Origin: the human T2T-CHM13v2.0 reference genome, Homo sapiens
DNA length: 64,000 nucleotides
Strand: one strand, 5' to 3'
Assembly: GCF_009914755.1 (NCBI RefSeq)
Contig: NC_060947.1
Position 1 is the stretch's first letter; each line of letters starts with the position of its first letter. Made by a program: the position numbers and the translations under genes. Of this stretch, positions 1-25,111 are shown piece after piece. The notes beneath the pieces are model-generated. The model was not told where the DNA came from and ran no database searches. It saw only the letters and a program-made list of their open reading frames with translations.

Positions 1-5008
<5,008 letters not shown>

Positions 5009-5290
5009 GATTTGCATTTTTCTAATGATTAGTGATATTGAGATGTTTTTCACATGCTTGTTGCCTGTAAGTTTGTCTTCTTTGAGAAGTGTCTGTTCAT
5101 GTCCTTTGCAAATTTTTAATGGAGTTGTTTGTTTTTCTCTTGTAAATTTGTTTAAGTTTCTTAAAGATGTGGATATTCGAACTTGGCCAGATTCATAGTC
5201 TGAAATTTTTTTTTTCATTCTTTAGGTCGTCTGTTTACTCTGCTGATAGTTTCTTTTGCTGGGTAGAGGTTCTTAAGAAAATTAGATCCC

Positions 5291-6328
5291 GGGGGGTGGG
5301 AGCCAAGATGGCCGAATAGGAACAGTTACGGTCTACAGCTCCCAGCGTGAGCGACACAGAAGATGCGTGATTTCTGCATTTCCATCTGAGGTACCGGGTT
5401 CATCTCACTAGAGAGTGCCAGACAGTGGGCACAGGACGGTGCGTGCAGCGTACCGTGCATGAGCCAAAGCAGGGTGAGGCATTGCCTCACTCGGGAAGTG
5501 CAAGAAGTCAGGGAGTTCCCTTTCCTACTCAAAGAAAGGGGTGACAGACAGAACCTAGAAAATCGGGTCACTCCCACCCCAATACTGTGCTTTTCCAGTG
5601 GGCTTAAAAAACAGTGCACCAGGAGATTATATCCCGCACCTGGCTCAGACGGTCCTACACCCACGGAGTCTCACTGATTGCTAGCATAGCGGTCTGAGAT
5701 CAAACTGCAAGTCGGAAATGAGGCTGGGGGAGGGGCACCCGCCATTGCCCAGGCTTGCTTAGGTAAACAAAGCAGCTGGGAAGATCAAACTGGGTGGAGC
5801 CCACCACAGCCCAAGGAGGCCTGCATGCCTCTGTAGGCTCCACCTCTGGGAGAAGGGCACAGACAAACAAAAAGACAGCAGTAACCTCTGCAGACTTAAA
5901 TATCCCTGTCAGACAGCTTTGAAGAGAGCAGTGGTTCTCCCAGCATGCAGTTGGTGATCTGAGAATGGGCAGAATGCCTCCTCAAGTGGGTCTCTGACCC
6001 CTGACTCCCGAGCAGCCTAACTGGGAGGCACCCCCCAGCAGGGGCAGACTGACACCTCACATGGCTGGGTACTCCTCTGAGACAAAACTTCCAGAGGAAC
6101 GTTCAGACAGTAGCATTCATGGTTCACAAAAATCCGCTGTTCTGCAGCCACCGCTGTTGACACCCAGGCAAACAGGGTCTGGAGTGGACCTCTAGCAAAC
6201 TCAAACAGACCTGCAGTTGTGGTTCCTGTCTTTTAGAAGGAAAACTAACAAACAGAAAGGACATCCACACCAAAAACCCATCTGTACATCACCATCATCA
6301 AAGACTAAAAGTAGATAAAACCACAAAG
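5291..6328 (+). promoter_or_regulatory. L1 5'UTR internal promoter with YY1 site and retained 129-bp segment
   Basis: CAAGATGGCC YY1 motif at 5304-5313. The segment ~6076-6204 between gggtactcc and aacagacctgcag, absent in L1PA2/L1Hs, is present. Confidence 0.8.
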
Positions 6329-7345
6329 ATGGGGAAAAAACAGAGCAGAAAAACTGGAGACTCTAAAAAGCAGAGCACCTCTCCTCTTCCAAAGGAACAC
6401 AGCTCCTCACCAGCAAGGGAACAAAGCTGGATGGAGAATGACTTTGACGAGGTGAGAGAAGAAGGCTTCACACGATCAAACTACTTCGAGCTACAGGAGG
6501 AAATTCAAACCAAAGGCAAGGAAGTTGAAAACATTGAAAAAAATTTGGACGAATGTATAACTAGAATAAACAATACAGAAAAGTGCTTAAAGGAGCTGAG
6601 GAAGCTGAAAGCAAAGGTTCAAGAGCTACGTGAAGAATGAAGAAGCCTCAGGAGCTGATGCAATCAACTGGAAGAAAGGGTATCAGTGATGGAAGATGAA
6701 ATGAATGAAATGAAGCGAGAAGGGAAGCTTAGAGAAAAAAGAATAAAAAGAAACAAACAAAGCCTCCAAGAAACATGAGACTATGTGAAAATACCAAATC
6801 TACGTCTCATTGGTGTACCTGAAAGTGATGGGGAGAAAGGATCCAAGTTGGAAAACACTCTGCAGGATATTATCCAGGAGAACTTCCCCAATCTAGCAAG
6901 GCAGGCCAACATTCAGATTCAGGAAATACAGAGAATGCCACAAAGATACTCCTCGAGAAGAGCAACTCTAAGACACATAATTGTCAGATTCACCAAAGTT
7001 GAAATGAAGGAAAAAATGTTAAGAGCAGCCAGAGAGAAAGGTCGGGTTACCCACAAAGGGAAGCCCATCATACTAACAACAGATCTCTTGGCAGAAACTC
7101 TAAAAGCCAGAAGAGAGTGGGGGCCAATATTCAACATTCTTTAAGAAAAGTATTTTCAACCCAGAATTTCATATCCAGCCAAACAAAGCTTCATAAGTGA
7201 AGGAGAAATAAAATACTTTACAGACAAGCAAATGCTGAGAGATTTTGTCATCACCAGGCCTGCCCTACAAGAGCTCCGGAAGGAGGCACTAAACATGGAA
7301 AGGAACAACCGGTACCAGCCACTGCAAACTCATGCCAAAATGTGA
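6329..7345 (+). pseudogene. L1 ORF1p remnant of copy B
   Basis: Starts MGKKQSRKTG; premature stops at 6638-6640 and 7142-7144; ends ...catgccaaaatgTGA. Confidence 0.9.
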
Positions 7346-7408
7346 AGACGATTCAGGCTAGGAAGAAACTGCATCAACTAACGAGCAAAATCACCAGCTA
7401 ACATCATA

Positions 7409-11232
<3,824 letters not shown>

Positions 11233-12838
11233 ACAATGAGAACACATGTACACTGGAAGGGGAACATCACATTCTGGGTCCAGTTGTCGAGTGGGGGGAG
11301 AGGGGAGGGATAGCATTAGGAGATATACCTAATGCTAGATGACGAGTTAATGGGTGCAGCACAGCGGCATAGCACATGTATACATACGTAACTAACCTGC
11401 ACATTGTGCACATGTACCCTAAAACTTAAAGTATAATAATAATAAAATTTTAAAAAAAAGAATTGGATGGTACAGATTCTAAAGATAAAAAAAACAAAAT
11501 TAGATCCCATTTATCAATTTTTGCTTCTGTTGCCATTGCCTTTGATGTCTTTTTCATTAAATATTTTCTCAATCCTATATCCAGGATGTTATTGCCGAGG
11601 TTGTCATTAAGGGTTTTTATAGTTTTGGGTATTACATTAAAAAATGAAATCCATCTTGAGTTGATTTTTTTATATAGTGTAAGGGTGGGGTCCAGCCTCA
11701 ATCTTCTGCAGGTGGTTAACCAGTTATCCCAGCACCATTTATTGAATAGGGATTCTTCTCTCGATTGCTTGTTTTTGTGAGCTTTGTTGAAGATCAAATG
11801 GTCATAGGTGTGTGGTTTTGTTCTGGGCTCTCTATTCTATTTCGTTGGTCTGTGTGCCTGTTTTTGTAGCAGTTCCATGCTGTTTGGGATAATGTATCCC
11901 TGTAGTATAGTTTAAAGTTGGGTAACATGATGCCTGTAGTTTTGTCCATTGTGCTTAGGAATGGCTTGGCTATTCAAGTTCTGTTTTTTATTCCATATAA
12001 ATTCTAAAGTAGTTTTTTTCCTAGTTTTGTGAAGAATGTCATTGGTAGTTTGATAGGAGTAGCACTGAATTTTTACGTTGTTTGGGCATTATGGTCATTT
12101 TAATGATATTGATTATTTCTATTCATGAGCATAGGATTTTTAAAATTAATTTGTGTCTTTTCTGATTTCTTTGGCAATGTTTCCCTGGTTAGCTGTATTT
12201 CTAAGTATTTTTGTGGGAATTGCGAATGGAATTGCTCAGATTTGGCTTGCAATTTGGCTGCTATTGGCATATAAAAATGCTAGTGATTTTTGTACGTTAA
12301 TTTGGTATCCTGAAAATTTGCCAAAGTTGTTTTTGCAGGCTGAAGAAGCTTTGGGACCGAGACTATGTGGTTTTCTAAATATAGAATCATGTTGTCTGCA
12401 ACCAGGGATATTTTGAATTCCTCTCTTCCCATTTGGATGTCCATTATATTTCTTTCTCTTGCCTGTTTACTCTGGCTAGGATTTCCAATACTATGTTGAA
12501 TAGAAGTGGTGAGAGAAGACATCTTTGTCTTGTGCTTGTTTTCAAGAGGACAATATCCAGCTATTGCCCATTCAGTATGATGTTGGCTGTGGAGTTGTTA
12601 TAGGTGGCTCTAATTATGTTGAAGTATGTTCCTGCAATACCTAGTTTATTGAGAGTTTTTGACATGAAAAGATGTTGAATTTTATCAAAGGACATTTTTG
12701 TATCTATTGAAATATGCATGTGGTTTTTGTCTATAGTTCTGTTTATGTGCTGAATCAAACGTTTTGATCTGTGCATGCTGAACCAACCTTGCATCGTGCA
12801 GATTAAGCCTACTTGATCATGGTGGAATTAGTGACTAC

Positions 12839-13144
<306 letters not shown>

Positions 13145-15659
13145 TGAATTAACTATTTGATGTGCTCCCGGATTTGGTTAGGATGTATTTTGTGGATAAT
13201 TTTTACATCAATATTCATCAAGGATATTGGCCTGAAGTGTTTTCTTGTTGTTATTGTGTCTCTGCCATGTTTTCATAACAAGATAATGTTCACCCCATAG
13301 AATGAGTTGAGAAAGAGACCATCTCTCTCAGTTTTTGGAAGAGTTTCAGTAGGAATTGTACCAGCTCTTCTTTGTACATCTGGTAGCATCTGGCTGTGAA
13401 TTCATCTGGTCCTGGGCTTTTCTTTGTTGTTAGGCTATTTGTTATTGATTCAATTTCAGAGCTCATTATTGATCTTTTCAAGTAATTAATGTCTTTTTGA
13501 TTCTGTGTTGGGAAGTTTTATGTGTCCAGGAATTTATCCGTCTCTTCTAGGTTTTCTAGTTTGTGTGCATAGAGGTGTTTGTAGTAGTTTCTGGTGCTTA
13601 TTTTTATTTCAGTTGGGTCAGTGATACTATCCTATTCATCATTTCTAATTGCTTTTACTTGAATTTTCTCCCCTTTCTTTTTTAGTAGTCTAGGTAGTGG
13701 CCTATCTTATTAGTTATATATACAAAACCAACTCCTAAATTTGTTGATTTTTTTGAATGGCTTTTCATGTCCCAATTTCCTTCTGTTCATCTTGATTTTG
13801 GTTACTTCTTGTCATCTGCTGGGTTTGGGGTTGATTTGTTCTTCTTTCGCTAATTCTTTCAGTTGCCATGTTAAGTTGTTAACTTGAGATATTTCTATCT
13901 TTTTTATGTGAGTATTTAGTGCTACGAATTTCCCTCTTAACACTGCCTTAATGGTGTCCCAGAGATTCTGGTATGTTGTATCTTTGTTCTCATTAGTTTC
14001 AAAAAAATTTCTTGATTTCTGCCTTAATTTCATTATTCACCCATAAATAATTCAGGAGCATGTTATTTGATTTTTATGTAATTGCATGGATTTGAGCAAC
14101 ATTTTTTAGCCTTGACTTCTATTATTATTGTGCTGTGGACTGAGATTGTGTTTGGTATGATTTTTGAATGATTGCAATTCCTGATTTTTTCTGTTTTCTA
14201 TTCTTTTGTTTTCATTTGCCTTTGCTGAAGATTGTTTTATACCCAACTATGTGGTAGAATTTACAGTATGTGCCATGTGATGATGGGAAGAATGTATATT
14301 CCGTTATTTTGCATGGAGCGTTCTTAGAGGTCTATCAGATCCATTTGGTCCAATGTTAAGTTCAGGTTCTCAATATGCTTGTTAATTTTCTGCCTCAGTA
14401 ATCTGTCTGATACTGTCTGTGAACTGTGAAATCTCCCACTATAATTGTGTGAGAGTCTACATCTCTTTGTACATCTGTAAAAATTTGCTTTATGAATCTG
14501 GGTGCTCCTATGTTGTTTGCATATGTATTTAAGATAGCTAAGTCTTCCTGTTGAATTAAACTCTTTATTATTATGTAATGCCCTTCTTTGTCTTTTGTTA
14601 TCTTTGTTGGTTTCAAGTCTGTTTTTTTCTGAAGTTAGAATCGCAATACCTGATTTTTTCTGTTTTCTATTAGCTTGATAGATTTTTTTCCCCATCCACT
14701 TATTGTGAGCCTATGGGTTTGAGCCTATGTGTGAGATGGGTCTGCTAAAGACAGCATACAATTGGGTCCTGATTTTTTATCCAGCTTCCAATTCTGTGTG
14801 TTTTATTTGTTTTTTTACAGAATACGCATTTTTATTGAAATTATCTTTTAATATATATATCCAACAGCAGAGTATGAGAGTATGCATTTCCCATATTATT
14901 GACAAATTTTATATTATCACATTTAAAAATGTTGCCATTCTGATGGGTAAATGTAAACGTGTACCATGGTGGTTTGCTGCTCAAATCATCCCATCACCTA
15001 GATATTAAGCCCAGAATCCATTAGCTATTCTTCCTGATACTGTTACTCCCCCCACTGACCCCCAGCAGGACCCAGTGTTTGTTGTTGCCCTTCCATGTGT
15101 CCATGTGTTCTTATCATTCAGCTCCCATTTATAAGTGAGAATATTCAGTGTCTGATTTTCTGTTCCTGCATTAGTTTGCTAAGGATAATGGCATCCAACT
15201 CTATCCATGTTCCTGCAAAAAATATACTCTTGTTCCTTTTCATGGACGCATGGTATTCCATCTTGTATATGTACCACATTTTGTATCCAGTCTATCATTC
15301 ATGGTCATTTGGGTTGATTCCATGTCTTTGCTATTGGAAATAGTGTTGCAATAAACATATGCATGCATGTGTTTTATAGTAGAATAATTTATATTCTTTT
15401 GGGTATATATCCAGTAATGGGATTGCTGGGTCCAATGGTATTTCTGCCTCTAGGTCTTTGAGAAATCACCACACTGTCTACCACAATGTTTGAACTAATT
15501 TACAGTCCCACAGTGTAAAAGCTTTCCTTTTTCTCTGCAACCTCACCAATGTCTATTGTTTGCTGACTTTTTAATAATCACCATTCTGACTTGAATGACA
15601 TGGTATCTCATGGTGGTTTTGATTTGCATTCCTCTAATAATCAGTTATGTTGAACTTTT

Positions 15660-18790
<3,131 letters not shown>

Positions 18791-18873
18791 TTGAACTTTT
18801 AAAAATGTTTTTGTTGGCTGCTTGTATGTCTTCTTTTGAGAAGTGCCTGTTTATGTCCTTTGCCCACTTTTTA

Positions 18874-19179
<306 letters not shown>

Positions 19180-22100
19180 CCTTTGCCCACTTTTTAATGG
19201 GGCTGTTTGTTTTTCTCTTGTAAATTGTTTAAGTTCCTTATGGACTCTGGATATTAGACCTTTGTTAGATGTATAGATTGCAAAAATTTTCTCCCATTCT
19301 GTAGGTTGTCCACTGCTCATGATAGTTTATTTTGCTGTGCAGAAGCTCTTTATTAGATACCACATGTCAATTTTTGCTTTCGTTGCAATTTATTTTGATG
19401 TTTTCATTATAAAATCTTAGCCTGTGTCTATATCCTGAATGACATTGCCTAGGTTTACTTCTAGGGTTTTTATAATTAAGGGTCTTACATTTAAGTCTTA
19501 AATCCATCTTAACTAAATTGTTTTATATTGTGTGAGGAAAGGGCCCAGTTTCAAATTTCTAAGTATAGATATCCAGTTCTCCCAGCACCCTTTATTAAAT
19601 AGAGAACTATTTCCCCATTGCTTGTTTTTATCAGGTTTGTTGAAGATCATATGTTTGTAAGTTTGTGGTACATTTCGGAGTTCTCTATTCTGTTCCAAAT
19701 ATTTATGTGTCTGTTCTTGTACCAGTACCATGTTCTTTTGGTTGCTGTAGACTTGTAATATTGTTTGAAGTCCTGTAACATGATTCCTCCAGCTTTGTTC
19801 TTTCTTCTTAGGATTGTCTTGGTTATATGAACTCTTTTTTGGTTTCATATGAATTTTAAAATAGTTTCTTGTAATTCTGTGAAAACTGTCAATGACAGTT
19901 TAATGGGAATAACATGGAATTTATAAATTATTCTGGGCAGTATGGCCAATTTCATGACACTGATTCTTTATATCCATGAGCATGGAATTTTTTTTTATTT
20001 GTTTGTGTCCTTCCTGATTTCCTTGAGCAGTGCTTTGTAGTTATCCTTGAAGAGGTTCTTCAGTTCACTGTTTAGCTGTATTCTTAGGTATTTTATTCTT
20101 TTTGTAGCAAATGTGAATGAAAATTCATTCATAATTTGGCCCTCTTCTTGCCTGTTTTTGGAATATAAAAATGCTAGCGATTTTTGCACATTGATTTTGT
20201 ACACCCAGATTGCTGAAGTTGCTTATCAGCTTAAGATTTTAGCTAAGGTGATGGGGTTTTCTAGATATAGAATCATGTCATCTGCAAACAAAGATAATCA
20301 GACTTCCTCTCTACCTGATTGAATAACTTTTATTTATTTCTCTTGCCTGATTGCCCTGGCCAGAACTTCCAATATTATTTTAATAGAAGTGGTGAGATAA
20401 GGCATTCTTGTCTTGTGTCAGTTTTCAAGAGGAATGCTTCCAGCTTTTGCCTACTCAGTATGATATTGGCTGTGCGTTTCTTATATATAGCTCTTATTAT
20501 TTTGAGGTACATTCTTTCAATACCTAGTTTATTGAGAGTTTTTTAAATGAAGGGATGCTGAATTTCATTGAAGGCTTTTTCTGCATCTATTGAGATAATA
20601 CTGTGGTTTTTTGTCTTTAGTTATGTTTGTGTACTAAATCAAATTTATTGACTTGCATACGTTGAACCAACTGTGTATTCCAGGGTTAAAGCCAACTTGA
20701 TCATGGCGGACATGGTTTTTCATATGCTGCTGAATTCCATTTGCTAGTATTTTATTGAGGATTTTTGCACTGATGTTTATCAAGGATATTGGCCTGAGGT
20801 TTTCTTTTTTTTTACATTTCTGTCACATTTTGGTATCAGGATAATCCTGGCCTCATAGAATGAGTTAGGGAGAAGTCCTTCTTTTTTTTTTTTTTGATTT
20901 TTTGGAATAGTCACAGTAGAAATGGTACCAGCTCTTCTTAGTACCTCTCATAGAATTGAGCTGTGAATCCATCTGTTTCTGGGCTTCTTTTGGTTGGTAG
21001 GTATTTATTACTGCCTCTATTTCAGAATTCATTATTGGTCTCTTCAGGGATTTAGCTTCCTCCTGGTTCAGTAGTGAGAGGGTGGATGTGTTCAGGAATA
21101 CATCAATTTCTTCTAGATTTTCTAGTTTATGTGTATAGAGGTGTTTATAGTATACTGTGATTGTTGTTTATTTCTGTTGCATTAGTGGTGATATCCCCCT
21201 TATCTTTTCGGATTGTGCTTAATTGATACTTTTCTGTTCTCTTCTTTATTAGTCTAGCTAGCAATCTATCTATTTCATTAATCAAAAAAAAAAAAACCTA
21301 CTGGATTTATTGATTTTTTTGAAGAGTTTTTGTGTCTCTATCTCCTCTCTATGAACAAAGTTCAGCTGTGATCTTTGTTATTTCTTGTCTTCTGCTAGCT
21401 TTGGGGTTTGCTTGCTCTTGGTTCTCTAGTTCTTTTAGGTGAGATGCCAGGTTGTTAACATGAGATCTTTCTAGCTTTTTGATGTGGGCAATTGGTGCTA
21501 TAAATTTCCCTCTTAACATGGCTTAAGCTGTGTCCCAAAGATTCTGATACGTTTTCTCTTTGGTCTCATTGGTTTTAAAGAACTACTTAATTTCTGCCTT
21601 AATTTTATTATCGACCCAAGAGTCCTTCAGGAGCATGTTGTTCAATGTCCATGTAGTTGTTTGGTTTTGACTGAATTTTTTAAATCTTGAGTTCTAATTT
21701 TATTGTGCTATGGTCTGAGAGACTGCTTGTTATGATATCATTTCTTTTGCATTTGCTGAGGAATACTTGACTTCTGATTATGTGATGAATTTCAGAGTAA
21801 GTGCTATGTGGCAATGAGAAAAATCTGTATTTTGTTGTTTTTAGGTGAAGAGTTCTGCAGATTATCAGGCCCACTTGATCCACAGCTGCATTTAGGTCCT
21901 TAATCCTTTTGTTAATTTTCTGTCTTAATGATTTGCTAATATTGTCAGTGGCGGTGTTAATGTCTCCCACTATTAAGTCTCTTTATAAATTTCTAAAAAC
22001 TTGCTTTATAAATCTGGCTACTCCTATATTGGGTGCATATATATTTAGGATAGTTAGCTATTCTTGTTGAATTGAACACTTTCCCACTATGTAATGTCAT

Positions 22101-25100
22101 TTTTTGTCTTTTTGTGATCTTTGTTGGTTTAAAATCTGTTTTGTCAGAAACTAGGATTGCAACCCCTGCTTTTTTGTTTTCCATTTGCTTGGTAAAATTT
22201 TCTTCATCCCTTTATTTTGAATCTTTGCATGTGAGATGGGTCTCTTGAAGACAACATACCAATGGGTCTTGGCTCTTTGTCTAGCTTGCCATTATGTGTG
22301 TTTCAACTGGGGCATTTGGATCACTTACATTCAAGGTTAGTGTTGTGATGTGTGAATTTGATTCTGTCATCCTGATGTTAACTGTTTATTTTGCAGACTC
22401 TTTTATGTGGTTGCTTCATAGTTTTACTTTTCTGTGTACTTTAGTGTGTTTTGTAGTGGCTGGTAATGGATTTTTCTTTCCATATTTAGTGCTTCCTTCA
22501 GTAGCTCTTTTAAGGCAGGCCTGGTGGTGACAAATTCCTTCTGCCTTTGCTTGTCTGAAAAGGATCTTATTTCCCTTTTGCTTATGAAGCTTAATTGGCT
22601 GCATATAAAATTCTGGGTTGGAAATTTCTTTTTTTAAGAATATTGAATATTGGCCCCTAATCTCTTCTGGCTTGTAGGGTTTCCTCTGAGAAGTTCACTG
22701 TTAGTCTGATGGGTTTCCCTTTGTAGGTGAGCTGGCCTTTCTCTCTGGTGCCCCTAACATTTTTTCTTTTATTATGACCTTGTATAATCTGATGATTATG
22801 TGTCTTGGTGTTGATCTACTCATGGAGTATGTTACTGGGGTTTTCAGCATTTCCTAAATTTGAATGTTGGCCTGTTTTCCTATGTTGATGAAGTTCTACT
22901 GGATGATTTCCCAAAGTATGTTTTTCAACTTGGTTCCATTCTCCCCATCTCTTTCAAGTACCCCAATTAGTCATAGGTTCATTCTCTTTACATAATCTCA
23001 TGTTTCTCAGAGGTTTTGTTCATACATTTTCATTCTTTTTTATTGTTGTCTGCCTGTCTCATTTCAAAAAATAATCCTCAAGCTCTAACATTCTTTCCTT
23101 TGCATACTCATTTCTACTAGTGATACTTGAGATTGCATTGTGAAGTTCTTGTGCTTTTCATCTCCATCAGGTCATTTATGTTTCTCTCAAAATTGGCTAT
23201 TCCATCTATCACCTCCTGTGTTATTTTATTATAATTCTTAGCTTATTTGCATTAGGTTACAACATGCTCCTTTAACTCAGAAAACTTTGTTATTATCTAC
23301 TTTCTGAAGCCTACTTCTGTCAATTCTGCCATCTCAACCTCAGCCCAGTTCTGTGCCCTTGCTGCAGAGGTGTTGTGGTCACTTGGAGAAAAGGGAGCAT
23401 TCTGACTTTTTGAGTTTTCAGCATTTTTATGTTGATTGTTTCTCATCTTTCTGGGCTTATCTACCTGCAAACTTTGAAGTTGCTGACCTTTGGATGAGGT
23501 TTTTGTGGGGTCTTTTTTATTTATATTGTTGTTGTTTATTTCTGTTTGTTTGTTTTCCTTTTCACAGTCAGGCCACTCTACCAGAGAACTGCTGTGGTTT
23601 TCTGGAGGTCCACTTCAGATTCTAGTTGCCTCAGTCCTTCCCATTCCAGGAGGGATCACCAGTGAAGTCTGCAAAACTGCAAAGATGACAGCCAGCTTCT
23701 TTATCTGGAATCTCCATCCCAGTGTGGTACTGACATTTTTTCTGGCCTGAATGCACCAGTATGAAGTGGCTGGAGACCCCTGTTCAGAAATCTTACCTAG
23801 TCAAGAGGAAATGGATCAGAGACTTGCCTAAATAAGTAGTCTGGCTGCTATGGTAGTCCAGTTGTGCTGTGTTGCGGGGTACCCTTTCTTGTCTTGACCA
23901 TTTATGTTCTCCAAAGCTGGCCGACTGGAACAACTAAGTCAACTGAATTGCAAAAATGGCAGCTGCTCCTCTCCCTGTGAGCTCTTACCCAGGGAGAGAT
24001 CAGAGCTCTGTACATAGAACCATGGCCAGAGTGGCTGAAGCCCCCACAGAGAGGTCCTGCTCAGTGAGCAGCAATGAACCAAGGTCCTGCTTAAGGAAGC
24101 AGTCTGGCCATAATCTGACAAGGAAGCTGTGCTACATTTTGAGTGACCCTTCCTCTTTTGGACCATTTGTATTCTCTAAAGCTGCAGGCTGGAAAATCTG
24201 AGTCTACCAAACCACAGTAATGGTTGCAGCCCCTCTCCCTGGGAACTTAAACCTGTCTCAGGCAGATTCTAGCCTGTTGCCTTTGGCTGGCTGGAATTCT
24301 AAATCAGAGGGTCTTAACTTGTGAGGTGCTGTAAAGTGGGGCCTGAAGAATGATGATTCTTGGCTCCCCAGAATCAGCCCACTTTCTATGGATATGGATG
24401 GATGGATTTTTCACTTTGCCAGTGATTCTGGGGCAAGAATATGTAAAATTCCTGGGTCCTTGTGTTTGCCTGAGTGGCTGCACTACTGAGACTTTACACA
24501 GCTCTGTGTATTGCACCCAAGGCCCTGGTAATGTGGGCTTGTGATGGTATCTCCTGATCTGTGGGTTGCTAAGATCCATGAGAGAAGCATAATTACCTGG
24601 GCTGGGTCACACAATCACTCACTGCTTCCCTTGGTTGGGCATGGGGGTTCCTTTGGCTCCATGGACCATTGCTCCCTCTGCTTTTCTTCATTATCTGTGG
24701 GTTGAGTTGTTTGCCTAGTCAGGCCCAATGCAAGAACCAGAATATATCAGTTGAAGGTGTTGAATTAACTTGCCTCTTTTTATTTCTCTCTGTGAGTACC
24801 CTAGACCATAGCTAATTGGCCATCTTGGATTCTCACTGTATTTTTAAATGGGGCATTTACATCAAGGCTTACTGTTTACATCAAGGTTAGTATTGATAAG
24901 TGTGGGTTTTATCCTGTCATTGTGTCATTAGCTGGTTTTCATGCTGACTTTTTGTGTATTTGCTTTACAGTGTCATTGGTCTATATATTTAAGTGTGCTT
25001 TTGTTTTAGCTGGTAGTGGTCTTTCCTTTCTGTATTCAGTGCTCTTTTCAAGATCAGTTTGTTCTGGTAGTAACAAGCATTCTCAACATTTGCTTATCTA

Positions 25101-25111
25101 AAAAGGATCTT

